DNA from: Thermodesulfobacteriota bacterium
GTDB taxonomy: Bacteria; Desulfobacterota; Desulfobulbia; Desulfobulbales; SURF-16
DNA: 64,000 nucleotides
Assembly (NCBI GenBank): GCA_040755455.1
Contig: JBFMAY010000015.1
Location: 15,890 to 79,889 of the forward strand
Direction of reading: 5' to 3'
In this document: in pieces, positions 27,739 through 38,078 of the stretch
Position numbering within the stretch: the first letter of the stretch is position 1
Layout of the letters: the number at the start of each line of letters is the position of its first letter
The notes under the pieces: generated by a model
Databases searched by the model: none
The model's input: only the letters and a program-made list of their open reading frames with translations
What the model was told of the DNA's origin: nothing
Made by a program: the position numbers and the translations under genes

Positions 27739-28030
27739 TCATCTTGTCATGGCTTAAAGAAACGATAATTCAAAAAGTTATGTTATGTTTTGCTGTGAGG
27801 AGATATTAATTTTCCGGAAATCTTTTCGGATTCCCGAATCGTTTTGTCCGGGATTCTGGATTTGCCGATTGCGGCTGCGTCAATGCGCATTGGGCCGATA
27901 CTGTTTTAATCCTTTTTTCCAAAGGAATCGAAAAAAACGGGGTAGTGAAATAGCATAAACTGATATGCCAAGACCTGTTGCCGTTGGTGTGCCGCGCGTA
28001 AGACTGACTTGCATAGCGGCGCGGCAGGTT

Positions 28031-28048
28031 GCAATATTTTTGCAATAT
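28031..28048 (+). promoter_or_regulatory. Direct repeat GCAATAT-N4-GCAATAT in leader copy 2
   Basis: GCAATAT at 28031-28037 and 28042-28048, 11 bp start to start. GCACAATATGC lies at 28104-28114. Confidence 0.4.
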
Positions 28049-28259
28049 GTTATTGGGTAAATATGTCTGGGCTGAGAGGGGAGTATGATATTATGGTAGT
28101 TATGCACAATATGCCGCCTGAGCCCGGGATGGGGTGATGAAAATAAGCCGCGGTGGTTTTTTTCAGGTGGTTCTCGACAATTTGCGCATCATCTCCAGGT
28201 CGGTCAGAGCTTTCACGTCTTCTGTAAAGCAAGAAGGAATTTCAACTGAATGCGGGAAA

Positions 28260-28703
28260 ATGCCTGGAAGATATCGTATCCTGTTGTTTTGTCTGTTTTT
28301 TGTCCTTATGCCGGTCGCCGGTTTGGCGAAAATGGTCAGTATCGCCGGAAATGAGGTCAATTTGCGCTCAGGCCCTTCCGAGCGGGATGAGGTCATGTGG
28401 GTGCTGGGCAAGGGCTTTCCCCTGCAGGTGATCAAGTCCCAGGGCAAATGGCTCAAGGTCAGCGATTTTGAAAATGATGAGGGCTGGGTTTACGCCCCGC
28501 TGACCTGTTCCACCCCGCATATGATTGTCCAGGCAAAAATGGTGGACATCCGCAGCGGGCCGGGGGAGAGTTACAAGGTGATCGGTCAGGCCAGTTACGG
28601 GGTGGTTTTCCGCACCCTGGCGCAAACCAAGGGGTGGATCAAGGTCAAACACCAAAACGGCAAGACAGGCTGGGTGGGCCGCGGGATGCTCTGGGGGTGG
28701 TAG
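28260..28703 (+). CDS. Secreted tandem-SH3b-domain protein (paralogue 2)
   Basis: MPGRYRILLFCLFFVLMPVAGLA signal peptide. My manual alignment gives 115 of 147 residues identical to paralogue 1. Confidence 0.8.
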   Translation: MPGRYRILLFCLFFVLMPVAGLAKMVSIAGNEVNLRSGPSERDEVMWVLGKGFPLQVIKSQGKWLKVSDFENDEGWVYAPLTCSTPHMIVQAKMVDIRSGPGESYKVIGQASYGVVFRTLAQTKGWIKVKHQNGKTGWVGRGMLWGW

Positions 28704-28830
28704 CAAAGAATCCGCCGGAAATTTTGACAATGAAATAGAAGACGCCCAGCTAAAGGCCCCGCATCCTGCTCCTGCAGCACGATATGTCAGGAAAAAATAA
28801 AATACCAACTTGTTTGTTATAAAGAATTCC

Positions 28831-30132
28831 ATGAATTCAATCTTGATTGAGATATTGCTGATCCTGTTCCTGATTATCTGCAACGGCATATTCGCTTTAT
28901 CTGAGCTTGCCCTTGTTTCAGCCAGGAAGGCGCGACTGGAGCAGTGGTCGGAAGAAGGCGATGCCAGGGCGCGCATCGCCCTGGAACTCGCTGAGTCGCC
29001 GAACAGCTTTTTATCCACTATCCAAATCGGTATTACCTTTATCGGCATTCTGGCGGGCGCTTTCGGCGGTGCAACCCTGGCGGAACTGCTCGTCCCCTAC
29101 ATTGACGGTTTCCCCCTCCTTGCCCCATACAGCGAGGCGGTCTGCATCACCATCGTGGTTGTCGGCATAACGTATCTGTCCCTCATCATCGGCGAACTGC
29201 TCCCCAAACGGCTGGCGCTCAATAATCCGGAAAGGCTGGCCCGTCTTGTCGCGCCCCCGATAAAGCGCCTTTCACGGCTGGCCCATCCGCTGGTGGTTCT
29301 GCTGGGCGGTTCAACCAACATCCTGCTCCGCATTTTGCGCGTGAAACCATCCTCTGAGCCGGGCGTATCGGAAGAAGAGATAAAGTTGCTGATCCACCAA
29401 GGAACGCGGGCGGGGGTATTTCAGGAATTTGAGCAGGATACCATTGAGCGGGTATTCCGTATGGCCGACCGCCCGGTGGCGGTTTTGATGACACCCAGGG
29501 CAAACGTCATATGGCTCGATCTGAACGAAAGCGAGGAGGAAACAAAAAATAAAATCGCGCGCCATAAGTTTTCTTTCTTCCCGGTCGCGCGGGATGTCCT
29601 GGATGAGGTTGTGGGAGTGATCAGGGCCAAGGAGCTGCTTTCCCTGACCTTGGAAGGGAAACCGTTTAATCTGCAGGCCATCTGTCATAAGCCGCTTTTT
29701 GTCTGGGAGTCAACGCCGACGGTAAAGGTTCTGGAACTGTTCAAGAAATCGGGAATACACATTGCGCTGGTTGTCGATGAATACGGGGCAATTCATGGTC
29801 TGGTCACCTTCGACGATATTTTGCGTTCCATTTTTGAGGACGTCGAAGACGCGGCGGAAGGAGAAAAGGAAATAGTGGAGCGGGAAGACGGCTCCTGGCT
29901 GATATCCGGCAGTGTTCCGCTGGATGAGTTCATGGATTTCATTGAAGCGGGGAAACTGAGCGAGGCAGAGCGCACGGGGATGCACACAGTGGGCGGTTTC
30001 GTCATGGAAAAGATCGGCGCCGTGCCCTCGGAAGGACAGTATTTCGAATGGAAGGGGATGCGATTTGAGGTTGTGGATATGGACGGCAGGAGAGTCGACA
30101 AGATTTTAATGTCGCGGCTAAGAGGCGAATAG
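28831..30132 (+). CDS. CNNM/CorC/TlyC-family protein (DUF21 + CBS pair + CorC_HlyC)
   Basis: N-terminal DUF21 helices (NGIFALSELALVSARKARLE), a CBS region, and a C-terminal transporter-associated domain (GGFVMEKIGAVPSEGQYFEWKGMRFEVVDMDGRRVDKI). Confidence 0.85.
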   Translation: MNSILIEILLILFLIICNGIFALSELALVSARKARLEQWSEEGDARARIALELAESPNSFLSTIQIGITFIGILAGAFGGATLAELLVPYIDGFPLLAPYSEAVCITIVVVGITYLSLIIGELLPKRLALNNPERLARLVAPPIKRLSRLAHPLVVLLGGSTNILLRILRVKPSSEPGVSEEEIKLLIHQGTRAGVFQEFEQDTIERVFRMADRPVAVLMTPRANVIWLDLNESEEETKNKIARHKFSFFPVARDVLDEVVGVIRAKELLSLTLEGKPFNLQAICHKPLFVWESTPTVKVLELFKKSGIHIALVVDEYGAIHGLVTFDDILRSIFEDVEDAAEGEKEIVEREDGSWLISGSVPLDEFMDFIEAGKLSEAERTGMHTVGGFVMEKIGAVPSEGQYFEWKGMRFEVVDMDGRRVDKILMSRLRGE

Positions 30133-30174
30133 CGGGCAGGGTTGAAAAAACCTCAGGCCAAAAGTTCATGCAAC

Positions 30175-30612
30175 CTAATCAAAACATTGAGACTTGGCGT
30201 TCTTTATCCGGGTAATCCGGTCAACCGCCAGGTCTGAAATTGTTGGCGCAGGCTTTGTTGCCGGATACCTGACCGTATAGCGAAAGCTTTCCGGAACGAG
30301 CCGTTCGTTGCCGGCATAGAGACGGATGTGCTCGACGATGCGACGGACCTCAACACAGTTGTCGGCCGGTCTGGACTGGCCATAGAGAGCCTGCACCGCC
30401 TCATAGTCCTCCAAGGCGCGCCGCAGGGATTCCGCCGGCGGTTCGGTTGACGGCGTCTCCACGGAAATTGCCGGACTATCCCCTGTTTCCCTGTTGAAGA
30501 CCTCCTTGAGTTCGCTCCACCACCAAGGCGCGGTGCCGCCGGCAAGAAGGGCGATTACCACCGCTGCTAAGATCTGCGTAAGCAGACTGTCCTGCTTTTT
30601 CTTTTCCGCCAT
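30175..30612 (-). CDS. Membrane-anchored hypothetical protein
   Basis: MAEKKKQDSLLTQILAAVVIALLAGGTAPWWW forms a single TM anchor. I recognise no domain. Confidence 0.5.
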   Translation of the reverse strand: MAEKKKQDSLLTQILAAVVIALLAGGTAPWWWSELKEVFNRETGDSPAISVETPSTEPPAESLRRALEDYEAVQALYGQSRPADNCVEVRRIVEHIRLYAGNERLVPESFRYTVRYPATKPAPTISDLAVDRITRIKNAKSQCFD

Positions 30613-30669
30613 CAGCTTTACCTCCGCCCTCAGTTCCCGGTGCGCCGAAGGCCTGCCGGAAACTAACAA

Positions 30670-31113
30670 TTAAATAATTTTTCGATAATTATCATTTGCG
30701 AAAGAGATTGCCAAACGATATTTGCGGCCCATGATTTTTCCCTCTTTCTTTACCGCGATACCCAGCCCGGTGGTATAGAAGGGATGGGTGAAATCAAAGA
30801 GCTTTTCCCGTTCTGCGGTGATTGTCAGGGCGAAAAATCCCACATCAAGGGATTTGTCGCTCAAGCCGTCGAGAATACCCTGCAGTGGCAGCTCCTGGTA
30901 TTCATAGGATAAACTGAGTTCCTCGGCTATGGACTCCCTGAGCTTGACGTTGACGCCTTACCAGTGACCGTCAGCTCCCTTCATGGAAAATGGGGGTGTC
31001 TCCTTGATACCGACAATGAGTTTGGCGGAAGGAATCGGTGTTTTGCCTGCCATGACCAAGGAGCAAAAAAAATAAAAAAAACAACATAACAGCAGTATGG
31101 ATTTGTTTTGCAT
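30670..31113 (-). pseudogene. Remnant of a family-3 (amino-acid type) ABC substrate-binding protein, with an internal TAA and a truncated C-terminus
   Basis: Signal peptide MQNKSILLLCCFFYFFCSLVMA, then KLIVGIKETPPFSMKGADGHW, an in-frame TAA (30958-30960), and GVNVKLRESIAEEL..DVGFFALTITAEREKLFDFTHPFYTTGLGIAVKK. It ends after ~148 codons where ~250 are expected. Confidence 0.65.
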
Positions 31114-31259
31114 TTTTCGTTATCCAGGGAGTACATTCAACAATGCATTATGCTTGCTGAATTCAAGTATGCGTAGGATTTCTGATTTGCAGAAAAATAA
31201 AACATTTCTCGTATCATGATGACTGCGCGGTGCGGAAGATGTAAAGTTGTAATTATTGC

Positions 31260-31284
31260 ATATTTGTCTTATTTTTACAAATAT
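31260..31284 (+). promoter_or_regulatory. Inverted repeat upstream of the efflux operon (operator candidate)
   Basis: ATATTTGT (31260-31267), 9-nt spacer, ACAAATAT (31277-31284), about 80 nt upstream of the TolC start in an AT-rich stretch. Confidence 0.3.
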
Positions 31285-31364
31285 CTGTCAGCTTGGGGGC
31301 CGGACGGATGAAGGGGGATGTTATCAGTTCCCTGTCCCTGCAGGCAATTCCGGAGAGAGGGAGA

Positions 31365-32711
31365 ATGAAAGCGGTTATTTTTCTGCTGGTGGTAGTTTTC
31401 TGCACTGCATCATTTCTGCAACCGGCTGCCGGCAGCGAGCAAGTTATCAGTCTGCGGGAAGCTATTTTGACAAGCTTTGCGGGTAACCATGAGCTGAAGG
31501 GCCGGCAAAGCCAGCTTGAGGCCAACCGGGCCGATATCGGCATTGCCAGAAGTTCTTTGCTGCCCACGCTGGCCATCGAGGAGAAGTTCCAGCGCACCGC
31601 CAATCCCACCTATTCCTTCATGTCCAAGCTTAATCAGGAGCGTTTCACCGCCCAGGATTTTGCCATCGACTCCCTTAACAATCCCGACGCGATCAGCGAC
31701 TTCCAGACCCTGTTCTCCATCGAGCAGCCGCTTTTTGTCAGACAGGCGACTATCGGCCTGGACATGGCGAAAAAACAGCATGAGATAGCAAGCCGGGAGT
31801 ATCTGCGTAAAAAGGAAGAGATTGCCCTGGAAGTGGTGAAAACCTTTCTTATGGTGCGCACCAGCCGGGAATATGTGGATGTCGCGGCAAAGGGGGTCGA
31901 TGATGCCAGGGAGCATGTCCGGCTGAGCGAGTTGCGCTTCAACAACGGGCTTGGCCTGTACTCCGATACCCTGCGGGCGCGCACCGCCCTGGCCGAGGCG
32001 GAGCAGAAGCTGGTGAGCGCCGGGAAAAATCATGATGTGGCCAAGAAGGGACTGGGGCTGCTTCTCGGCCTTGAGGAGTCGGTGGATGCAGGGCAGGAGA
32101 AAGTGGATCTGCCGCTCATGGCGATGGACTACTACACCAAGGCCAGCCTGCGGCGGGAGGACGTCAAGGCCCTTGAGGGACAGCAGGAAAATGCCAGGAA
32201 AAACCTGGCGCTGGCCACCGCCGGCTATCTGCCCACCGTCGGCCTGGCCGGCTCCTATATGCTGAACGACCATGATGTGCCGCTGGGCTCCGAAGGGGAA
32301 AGCTGGCTGGTGGCGGCTGTTCTGCGCTGGCAGCTCTTTGACGGCAGCAGGAGGGAATACGAGCGGATAAAGGCCAGGCATCGCATCACCGAAACGGAAC
32401 AGTATCTGCAGGGTCTGAAAAAGGCGGTGGAATTCAAGGTCTACGAGGCATACCGGTCAGTGGAGGAAACCCGGAAAAATCTTGAACTGGCCCAATCCGC
32501 CCGGCTCATGGCCGAGGAAGGGCAACGGCTGGTGCAGGTCCGCTATGAAAATTCACTGTCGCCGCTCATTGATCTGCTCGATGCCCAGGTGGCCCTTGAC
32601 CATGCCCGGGCCGTGGTCGTTGCCCGGGAGAATGACCACGAACTGGTCAAGGCCAGACTCAGCTTTGAAAGCGGCACCATTCTGCATGATTTGCAGGTTG
32701 AGACCCAATAA
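31365..32711 (+). CDS. TolC-family outer-membrane efflux protein
   Basis: GGAGAGAGGGAG RBS. Signal peptide MKAVIFLLVVVFCTASFLQPAAG. Two OEP repeats (LPTLAIEEKFQR.. and LPTVGLAGSYML..). Confidence 0.85.
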   Translation: MKAVIFLLVVVFCTASFLQPAAGSEQVISLREAILTSFAGNHELKGRQSQLEANRADIGIARSSLLPTLAIEEKFQRTANPTYSFMSKLNQERFTAQDFAIDSLNNPDAISDFQTLFSIEQPLFVRQATIGLDMAKKQHEIASREYLRKKEEIALEVVKTFLMVRTSREYVDVAAKGVDDAREHVRLSELRFNNGLGLYSDTLRARTALAEAEQKLVSAGKNHDVAKKGLGLLLGLEESVDAGQEKVDLPLMAMDYYTKASLRREDVKALEGQQENARKNLALATAGYLPTVGLAGSYMLNDHDVPLGSEGESWLVAAVLRWQLFDGSRREYERIKARHRITETEQYLQGLKKAVEFKVYEAYRSVEETRKNLELAQSARLMAEEGQRLVQVRYENSLSPLIDLLDAQVALDHARAVVVARENDHELVKARLSFESGTILHDLQVETQ

Positions 32712-32727
32712 CAGGGAGTTCTATAGG

Positions 32728-33852
32728 ATGAAAGGGAAATTAGTCAAGATGCTGGTCATTGCCGCACTGGCTCTGTTGCCGGCCGGCTGCCGGGACAAAA
32801 CAGGGCCGGGGTCTGTCGAGGTCAACCGGCCGCCGGTGTCCGGGGTGCGGTCTGGGGAGGTGGTGAGCGCGGAGGTTGACGATTATTATGAATCTGCGGC
32901 AACGGTCAAGGCGAAAACCGCAAGCGTGGTGGCGGCGCGCATGATGGGCACGGTGACCATGCTTGCGGTCAAGGAGGGGGACAGGGTAAAGGCCGGACAG
33001 CTCCTGCTGACCCTGGACGACCGCGATGTGAAGCAGAAGATCAATGCCGCCCAGGCCGCCTTGGCCGAGGCGGGAAATGCCGGGGCCGCCGCCGCCAAAC
33101 AGCATGAGCTGGCCCGGATCACTTACGAGCGCTTCAGCAATCTTTACGACGGCAAGGCCCTGACCCGGCAGGAACTGGACGAGGCGCAGACCCGCATGCA
33201 GGTGGCCGAGCTTGAAGCCGAGCGGTTTGGCGAGATGGTGAAAAGGGCCCGGGCCGGACTGGCTGAGGCCGAGGTCTATCAGGATTTTACCAGGGTGAGC
33301 TCCCCGGTTGACGGCGTGGTGAGCAGCAAGCAGATCGAACTGGGCACCATGGTCATGCCGGGGGTGCCGCTGTTTACCATTGAAGACAATTCCTCTTTCC
33401 GGCTGGAGATTGGGGTGAATGAAACCCTGGCCGGCCGCCTTGCCCCGGGGCTGCCGGTCGCCGCCACCATCCCGGCCAGCGGCATGGCGCTGACGGGTAT
33501 GATTTCCGACGTGGTGCCGGCTGTTGACCCCGGAACGCGCAATTTCCTGGTCAAGATCGACCTGGCGGGTCCGGGCCTGCAGAGCGGCATGTACGCCCAT
33601 GTGCGCATGCCGGTGGGCAAGCGGTCAGCCATCCTGCTGCCCCAAGACATTATTGTCGAAAAAGGGCAGTTAACCGGGGTGTATGCCGTGGACGCCGGCA
33701 ATGTCATCACCTATCGCCTGGTCCGTCTCGGCAGGCTTTACGGCGACAAACAGGAGATCCTTGCCGGGCTGCAGCCGGGCGACAAGGTGATAACCGGCGG
33801 GGTGGACAGGGCGGTGGACGGGGGGGTGCTGCAAGAGGATAAAGGGCAATGA
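32728..33852 (+). CDS. RND efflux periplasmic adaptor (membrane fusion protein), lipoprotein
   Basis: Lipobox LALLPAGC. Biotinyl-lipoyl-like/hairpin/beta-barrel pattern ([14 protein letters not shown].., [15 protein letters not shown]). Its stop overlaps the RND gene start (ATGA). Confidence 0.85.
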   Translation: MKGKLVKMLVIAALALLPAGCRDKTGPGSVEVNRPPVSGVRSGEVVSAEVDDYYESAATVKAKTASVVAARMMGTVTMLAVKEGDRVKAGQLLLTLDDRDVKQKINAAQAALAEAGNAGAAAAKQHELARITYERFSNLYDGKALTRQELDEAQTRMQVAELEAERFGEMVKRARAGLAEAEVYQDFTRVSSPVDGVVSSKQIELGTMVMPGVPLFTIEDNSSFRLEIGVNETLAGRLAPGLPVAATIPASGMALTGMISDVVPAVDPGTRNFLVKIDLAGPGLQSGMYAHVRMPVGKRSAILLPQDIIVEKGQLTGVYAVDAGNVITYRLVRLGRLYGDKQEILAGLQPGDKVITGGVDRAVDGGVLQEDKGQ

Positions 33853-36800
33853 AAGGAATCGGCATTTCAGGCCACATCGCCAAGGCGTTCATCAAATCAA
33901 AGCTGACGCCGCTCATCGTGCTCGCCTCCCTGCTGCTCGGCGTGTTTGCCGTGGTGATCACCTCCCGGGAAGAGGAGCCGCAGATCGTCGTGCCCATGAT
34001 TGATGTCATCGTCAGCTATCCCGGGGCCACGGCCAAGGAGGTGGAAGAGCGGGTCACCAAGCCCATGGAGAAGTTTCTGTGGGAGATCAAGGGGGTGGAA
34101 TATATCTATTCCATCGTCAAGCCCGGCATGAACCTGACCATTGTCCGTTTCTATGTGGGCGAGGACATGGAGAAGAGCCTCGTCAATCTGCACACCAAGC
34201 TCATGTCCCACTATGACCGGATTCCCGCCGGCGTGTCCCAGCCCCTGGTCAAGCCCAAGTCCATTGACGATGTGCCGATCCTGACCCTGACCCTGTGGAG
34301 TCAAGGGGCACAGTATTCCGGCTATGAATTGCGGCGCGTTGCCGTGGAGGTGGCCGACGAGCTGAAGAAGGACATGGACGTCTCGGAGTTCTCGGTGATC
34401 GGCGGACAAAAACGGCAGGTGCGGGTTGCCCTTGATCCGGCCCGGCTCCGGGCTTACCACATCCCAGCCATCCAGATCATGCAGACCCTGCAGCAGGCCA
34501 ATTTCGTCCTGCCTGCCGGCTCCTTTCCGGCCAGTAACGGGGAGTTCCTGGTTGAAACCGGGGGATTTCTGGAAAATATCGAGGATGTGGGCCGGGTGGT
34601 GGTGGCGGTGGCCGATAATCGTCCCGTCTATCTGCGGGATGTGGCCGATTTGTCCGACGGGCCGGAGGAGCCGGCTGACTATGTGTTCATGGGCAGCGGT
34701 CCGGCGGCCGCCGCCAAGGCGCTGCCGTTGCTTACCGGTCCGCGGGAGGCGGTGACCATCGCCGTGTCCAAGAAAAAAGGGGCCAACGCCAGCACAGTGG
34801 CCAGCGCGGCCCTGGCCAAGATCGAGCAGCTGCGCGGCGGCACCCTGCCCAGCGACATCCAGGTGACGGTTACCCGCAATTACGGCGATACGGCAAAGGA
34901 GAAGTCCAACGAGCTGCTGGACCATATGCTCATCGCCACCATCTCGGTCATCATCCTCATGGCGCTGACCCTGGGCTGGCGCGAGTCCCTGGTGGTCGCC
35001 GTGGCGGTGCCGGTGACCCTGGCCCTGACCCTGTTGATCAACTATCTCTATGGCTACACCTTAAACCGGGTCACCCTGTTCGCGCTGATCTTCTCCATCG
35101 GTATTCTGGTGGATGACGCCATCGTGGTGGTGGAGAATATCCACCGCCATTTCAAGCTGCATGGGGTCAGCGCGCAGACCGCGGTGCTGGCGGTGGATGA
35201 GGTGGGCAGTCCCACCATACTCGCCACCTTTGCCGTCATCTTCGCCCTGCTGCCCATGGCCTTTGTCCGGGGCCTGATGGGACCCTATATGCGGCCCATC
35301 CCGGTGGGGGCCTCGGCCGCCATGCTTTTTTCCCTGCTGGTGGCCTTTATCGTCAGTCCCTGGCTCAGCTACAAGGTGCTCAGAAATGTGCAAAGCGACG
35401 GGCCGGGAGAACAAGAAACCGGCTGGCTGCATGATCTCTATGAGCGCATCCTCGGCCCGCTGCTTGATAACCGCGTTAAACGCCTGCTCGTGCTGGTCGT
35501 GGTCGCAGGCCTGCTCTTCCTGGCCATGCTGTTGGTGCCCTTCAAGGGGGTAACCGTCAAGATGCTGCCCTTTGACAACAAGAGCGAACTGCAGGTGATC
35601 ATCGACATGCCGGAAGGGGTGAGCCTGGAGCGGACGGCCGCCCTGGCGCGGGAGATGGGCGATTATCTGCAGACCGTGCCGGAGGTGACTGATTTCCAGA
35701 CATACGTCGGCACGGCCGCGCCCTACAACTTCAACGGCCTGGTGCGTCATTATTTTCTGCGCAACGCCGGCAACATGGCGGACATCCAGGTGAATTTCGT
35801 GGGTAAAAGCCAGCGCAAGCTGCAGAGCCATGACCTGGCCAAACGGCTGCGGCCCTCGCTCAAGGAGATCGGCGACCGCTATGGCGCCCGCATCAAGGTG
35901 GCGGAAATCCCGCCCGGCCCGCCGGTGCTCAGCACCTTGGTGGCCGAGGTCTATGGCCCGGACACGGAGCGGCAGGTCGAGATAGCCAGGGAGATCAGGA
36001 ATATCTTCGAGACCACCGACGGGGTGGTTGATATCGACTGGTTCGTGGAGGATGACCAGCCCAAGATCATCTTTACCGTGGACAAGGAAAAGGCGGCATA
36101 CCATGGCATCAGCACGGCGGTGGTGGCCCAGACCCTGCGCATGGCTTTGGGCGGCACGGCGGCCGGGCTGGTGCATTATGAAAAGGAGAAGGAGGCGGTG
36201 GAGCTGCTGCTGCGCGCCGCCCTGCCTGACCGGGCCAGCCTCGCCGGGCTGCAGGAGATGACCGTGCCGGCCGCCGACGGCTCGCTCATCCCCCTTGCCG
36301 CCCTGGTGCGCATCAGCCAGGGGACGGAAAACAAGACCATCTATCATAAGAATCTCAAAAGGGTGACCTATGTCACCGGCGATGTGGCGGGCACCATCGA
36401 AAGTCCGGTCTACGCCATCCTGGAGATGAAGGAGCGGATCCGGCAGCTCCCCTTGAAGGAGGGCTATGAACTGCACCAGTATTCGGCCGTGCAGCCGTGG
36501 CTGGAGACCCGGTACGCCATGAAGTGGGACGGCGAGTGGCACATCACCTATGAGGTCTTCCGTGATCTGGGCATTGCCTTTGCCGCAGTGCTGGTGCTGA
36601 TCTATATCCTGGTGGTGGCCTGGTTTCGCAGCTTTGTCACCCCCCTGGTGATCATGGCCCCCATTCCGTTGACCCTGGTGGGCATTCTGCCGGGCCACTG
36701 GCTGTTCGGCGCCTTTTTCACCGCCACCTCCATGATCGGTTTTATCGCCCTGTCCGGCATCATCGTCCGCAACTCCATCCTGCTGGTGGATTTTGTTCAG

Positions 36801-37085
36801 ATGGAATGGCAGAGCCGGGGTTCGCTGCGCACGGCCCTGATCACCGCCGGCGCGGTGCGGCTGCGGCCCATCGTGCTCACGGCCCTGGCTGTGGTGGTCG
36901 GCTCGTTTGTCATGATTTTTGATCCGATCTTCCAGGGATTGGCCATTGCCATGATGTTCGGAGCGGTGGCCGCCACAGCCCTGACGCTGATTGCCGTGCC
37001 CCTGCTCTATTTCGAGTTCTTCCGCAACCGGCCGTGTCCGCTGGCAGGGGAAGAGGAGGCGCAGCAGGAAACAAACGGCAAGTGA
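33849..37085 (+). CDS. RND-family efflux transporter permease (AcrB/CzcA superfamily)
   Basis: 1078 aa with 12-TM architecture and two large periplasmic loops. Typical N-terminus: [36 protein letters not shown]. Confidence 0.9.
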   Translation: MKGIGISGHIAKAFIKSKLTPLIVLASLLLGVFAVVITSREEEPQIVVPMIDVIVSYPGATAKEVEERVTKPMEKFLWEIKGVEYIYSIVKPGMNLTIVRFYVGEDMEKSLVNLHTKLMSHYDRIPAGVSQPLVKPKSIDDVPILTLTLWSQGAQYSGYELRRVAVEVADELKKDMDVSEFSVIGGQKRQVRVALDPARLRAYHIPAIQIMQTLQQANFVLPAGSFPASNGEFLVETGGFLENIEDVGRVVVAVADNRPVYLRDVADLSDGPEEPADYVFMGSGPAAAAKALPLLTGPREAVTIAVSKKKGANASTVASAALAKIEQLRGGTLPSDIQVTVTRNYGDTAKEKSNELLDHMLIATISVIILMALTLGWRESLVVAVAVPVTLALTLLINYLYGYTLNRVTLFALIFSIGILVDDAIVVVENIHRHFKLHGVSAQTAVLAVDEVGSPTILATFAVIFALLPMAFVRGLMGPYMRPIPVGASAAMLFSLLVAFIVSPWLSYKVLRNVQSDGPGEQETGWLHDLYERILGPLLDNRVKRLLVLVVVAGLLFLAMLLVPFKGVTVKMLPFDNKSELQVIIDMPEGVSLERTAALAREMGDYLQTVPEVTDFQTYVGTAAPYNFNGLVRHYFLRNAGNMADIQVNFVGKSQRKLQSHDLAKRLRPSLKEIGDRYGARIKVAEIPPGPPVLSTLVAEVYGPDTERQVEIAREIRNIFETTDGVVDIDWFVEDDQPKIIFTVDKEKAAYHGISTAVVAQTLRMALGGTAAGLVHYEKEKEAVELLLRAALPDRASLAGLQEMTVPAADGSLIPLAALVRISQGTENKTIYHKNLKRVTYVTGDVAGTIESPVYAILEMKERIRQLPLKEGYELHQYSAVQPWLETRYAMKWDGEWHITYEVFRDLGIAFAAVLVLIYILVVAWFRSFVTPLVIMAPIPLTLVGILPGHWLFGAFFTATSMIGFIALSGIIVRNSILLVDFVQMEWQSRGSLRTALITAGAVRLRPIVLTALAVVVGSFVMIFDPIFQGLAIAMMFGAVAATALTLIAVPLLYFEFFRNRPCPLAGEEEAQQETNGK

Positions 37086-37179
37086 AATTTGTGAAGTTTT
37101 CTCAATTCAACGAGATACAGGAAATCGGCAAGTTGAGCTGTCAGAAAAAGTTCTTTACTGAAGAAAGGAGGGTAGGTGA

Positions 37180-37599
37180 ATGATGAGATCCGGCGGGAAA
37201 TTTGCCATGCTGCTCGCGCTGGCGGCTCTGGTTTTGATGGGTGCTTATCCGTTGCACGCCGTGGAGGTGGTCCATTATAAATTCCTGGTGGACTCGGAGG
37301 ATGCGCAAAAATGTGTCGACTGCCATTACGGGCAGGAGAATGATTCCAAGACCAGTCGCTGTCCGAAAAGTTGCATGGTTGATCCGGGATCGTCCCATCC
37401 GGTTGCCAAGAAATATCCGCCGCGCGGCAAGGAAAAGGAATATATCTCCCTCAAGGAGCTCAGGGAGACCGGTCTTATCAAACTGCAGGATGGCAAGATA
37501 ACCTGTATCTCCTGTCATGATGTGGCCAACAATATCCCTTATCATACGGTGGTGGAAGACAGGGGCACCCAGCTGTGCAGGCTGTGTCATATCCGCTGA
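37180..37599 (+). CDS. Small periplasmic trihaem c-type cytochrome
   Basis: AAAGGAGGG RBS and a signal peptide. Three CXXCH motifs: CVDCH, CISCH, CRLCH. Confidence 0.8.
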   Translation: MMRSGGKFAMLLALAALVLMGAYPLHAVEVVHYKFLVDSEDAQKCVDCHYGQENDSKTSRCPKSCMVDPGSSHPVAKKYPPRGKEKEYISLKELRETGLIKLQDGKITCISCHDVANNIPYHTVVEDRGTQLCRLCHIR

Positions 37600-37643
37600 A
37601 GTGATGAATGTGCCAGGAGAATTCGTGACTGGCGAGGTGCCGG

Positions 37644-38078
37644 TTACTTGACTGAAAGAAATGTGTCGTCAATGTTGGCCACATATTTACTGTATTTCAT
37701 GTCCGACGTGAGGATATGGTCCATGAGCCAATCCTTGAGGAATTGGCCGATTTCCGGCAGGGCCTCCCTGCCGTAACTGCTCCAGTTTTCACAGTGGCGG
37801 AAGATGTCTTCCGTGAGCTTTTCATGCTGCCTGATATGGGAATTGAGCTGTTCGGCGGGAAATCGTGCTATCTCCATCAGTTTTTCTTCATCCCGGAAGT
37901 GTATTTCCGCGTACTGGACCAGCCGGTTCAGGATAGTATAGGCCACCTTTGGGCCCTCTCTTCTGGCAACGGCCTGGTTGAAGTCATTGATGATTTTTAT
38001 CAGATGCTGATGCTGATGATCAAGGTAGCTCGAGCGTACGCTGAAATCGCTGTTCCATATGATCTTATCCATTTTCAT
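37644..38078 (-). CDS. Hemerythrin-like (bacteriohemerythrin) protein
   Basis: HHE cation-binding histidines: YLDHQHQHL, EIHFRDEE, HIRQHEKL, DWLMDHI. 144 aa. Confidence 0.85.
   Translation of the reverse strand: MKMDKIIWNSDFSVRSSYLDHQHQHLIKIINDFNQAVARREGPKVAYTILNRLVQYAEIHFRDEEKLMEIARFPAEQLNSHIRQHEKLTEDIFRHCENWSSYGREALPEIGQFLKDWLMDHILTSDMKYSKYVANIDDTFLSVK

Larger units (their letters stand above)
27933..28703 (+). repeat. Copy 2 of the duplicated unit (leader + SH3b gene)
   Basis: Same block order as copy 1. It carries roughly 90 extra nt between the GCACAATATGC block and the CAAGAAGGAATTTCAACTGAATGCGG block. Confidence 0.85.

Noticed and set aside
31054-31113. Suspected frameshift in the poly-A/T tract within the signal-peptide region of the solute-binding-protein remnant
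   Set aside because: A base-by-base recount shows that the ATG at 31113 and the downstream part share one frame (MQNKSILLLCCFFYFFCSLVMAGKT..). Only the TAA at 30958-30960 and the C-terminal truncation remain as lesions.
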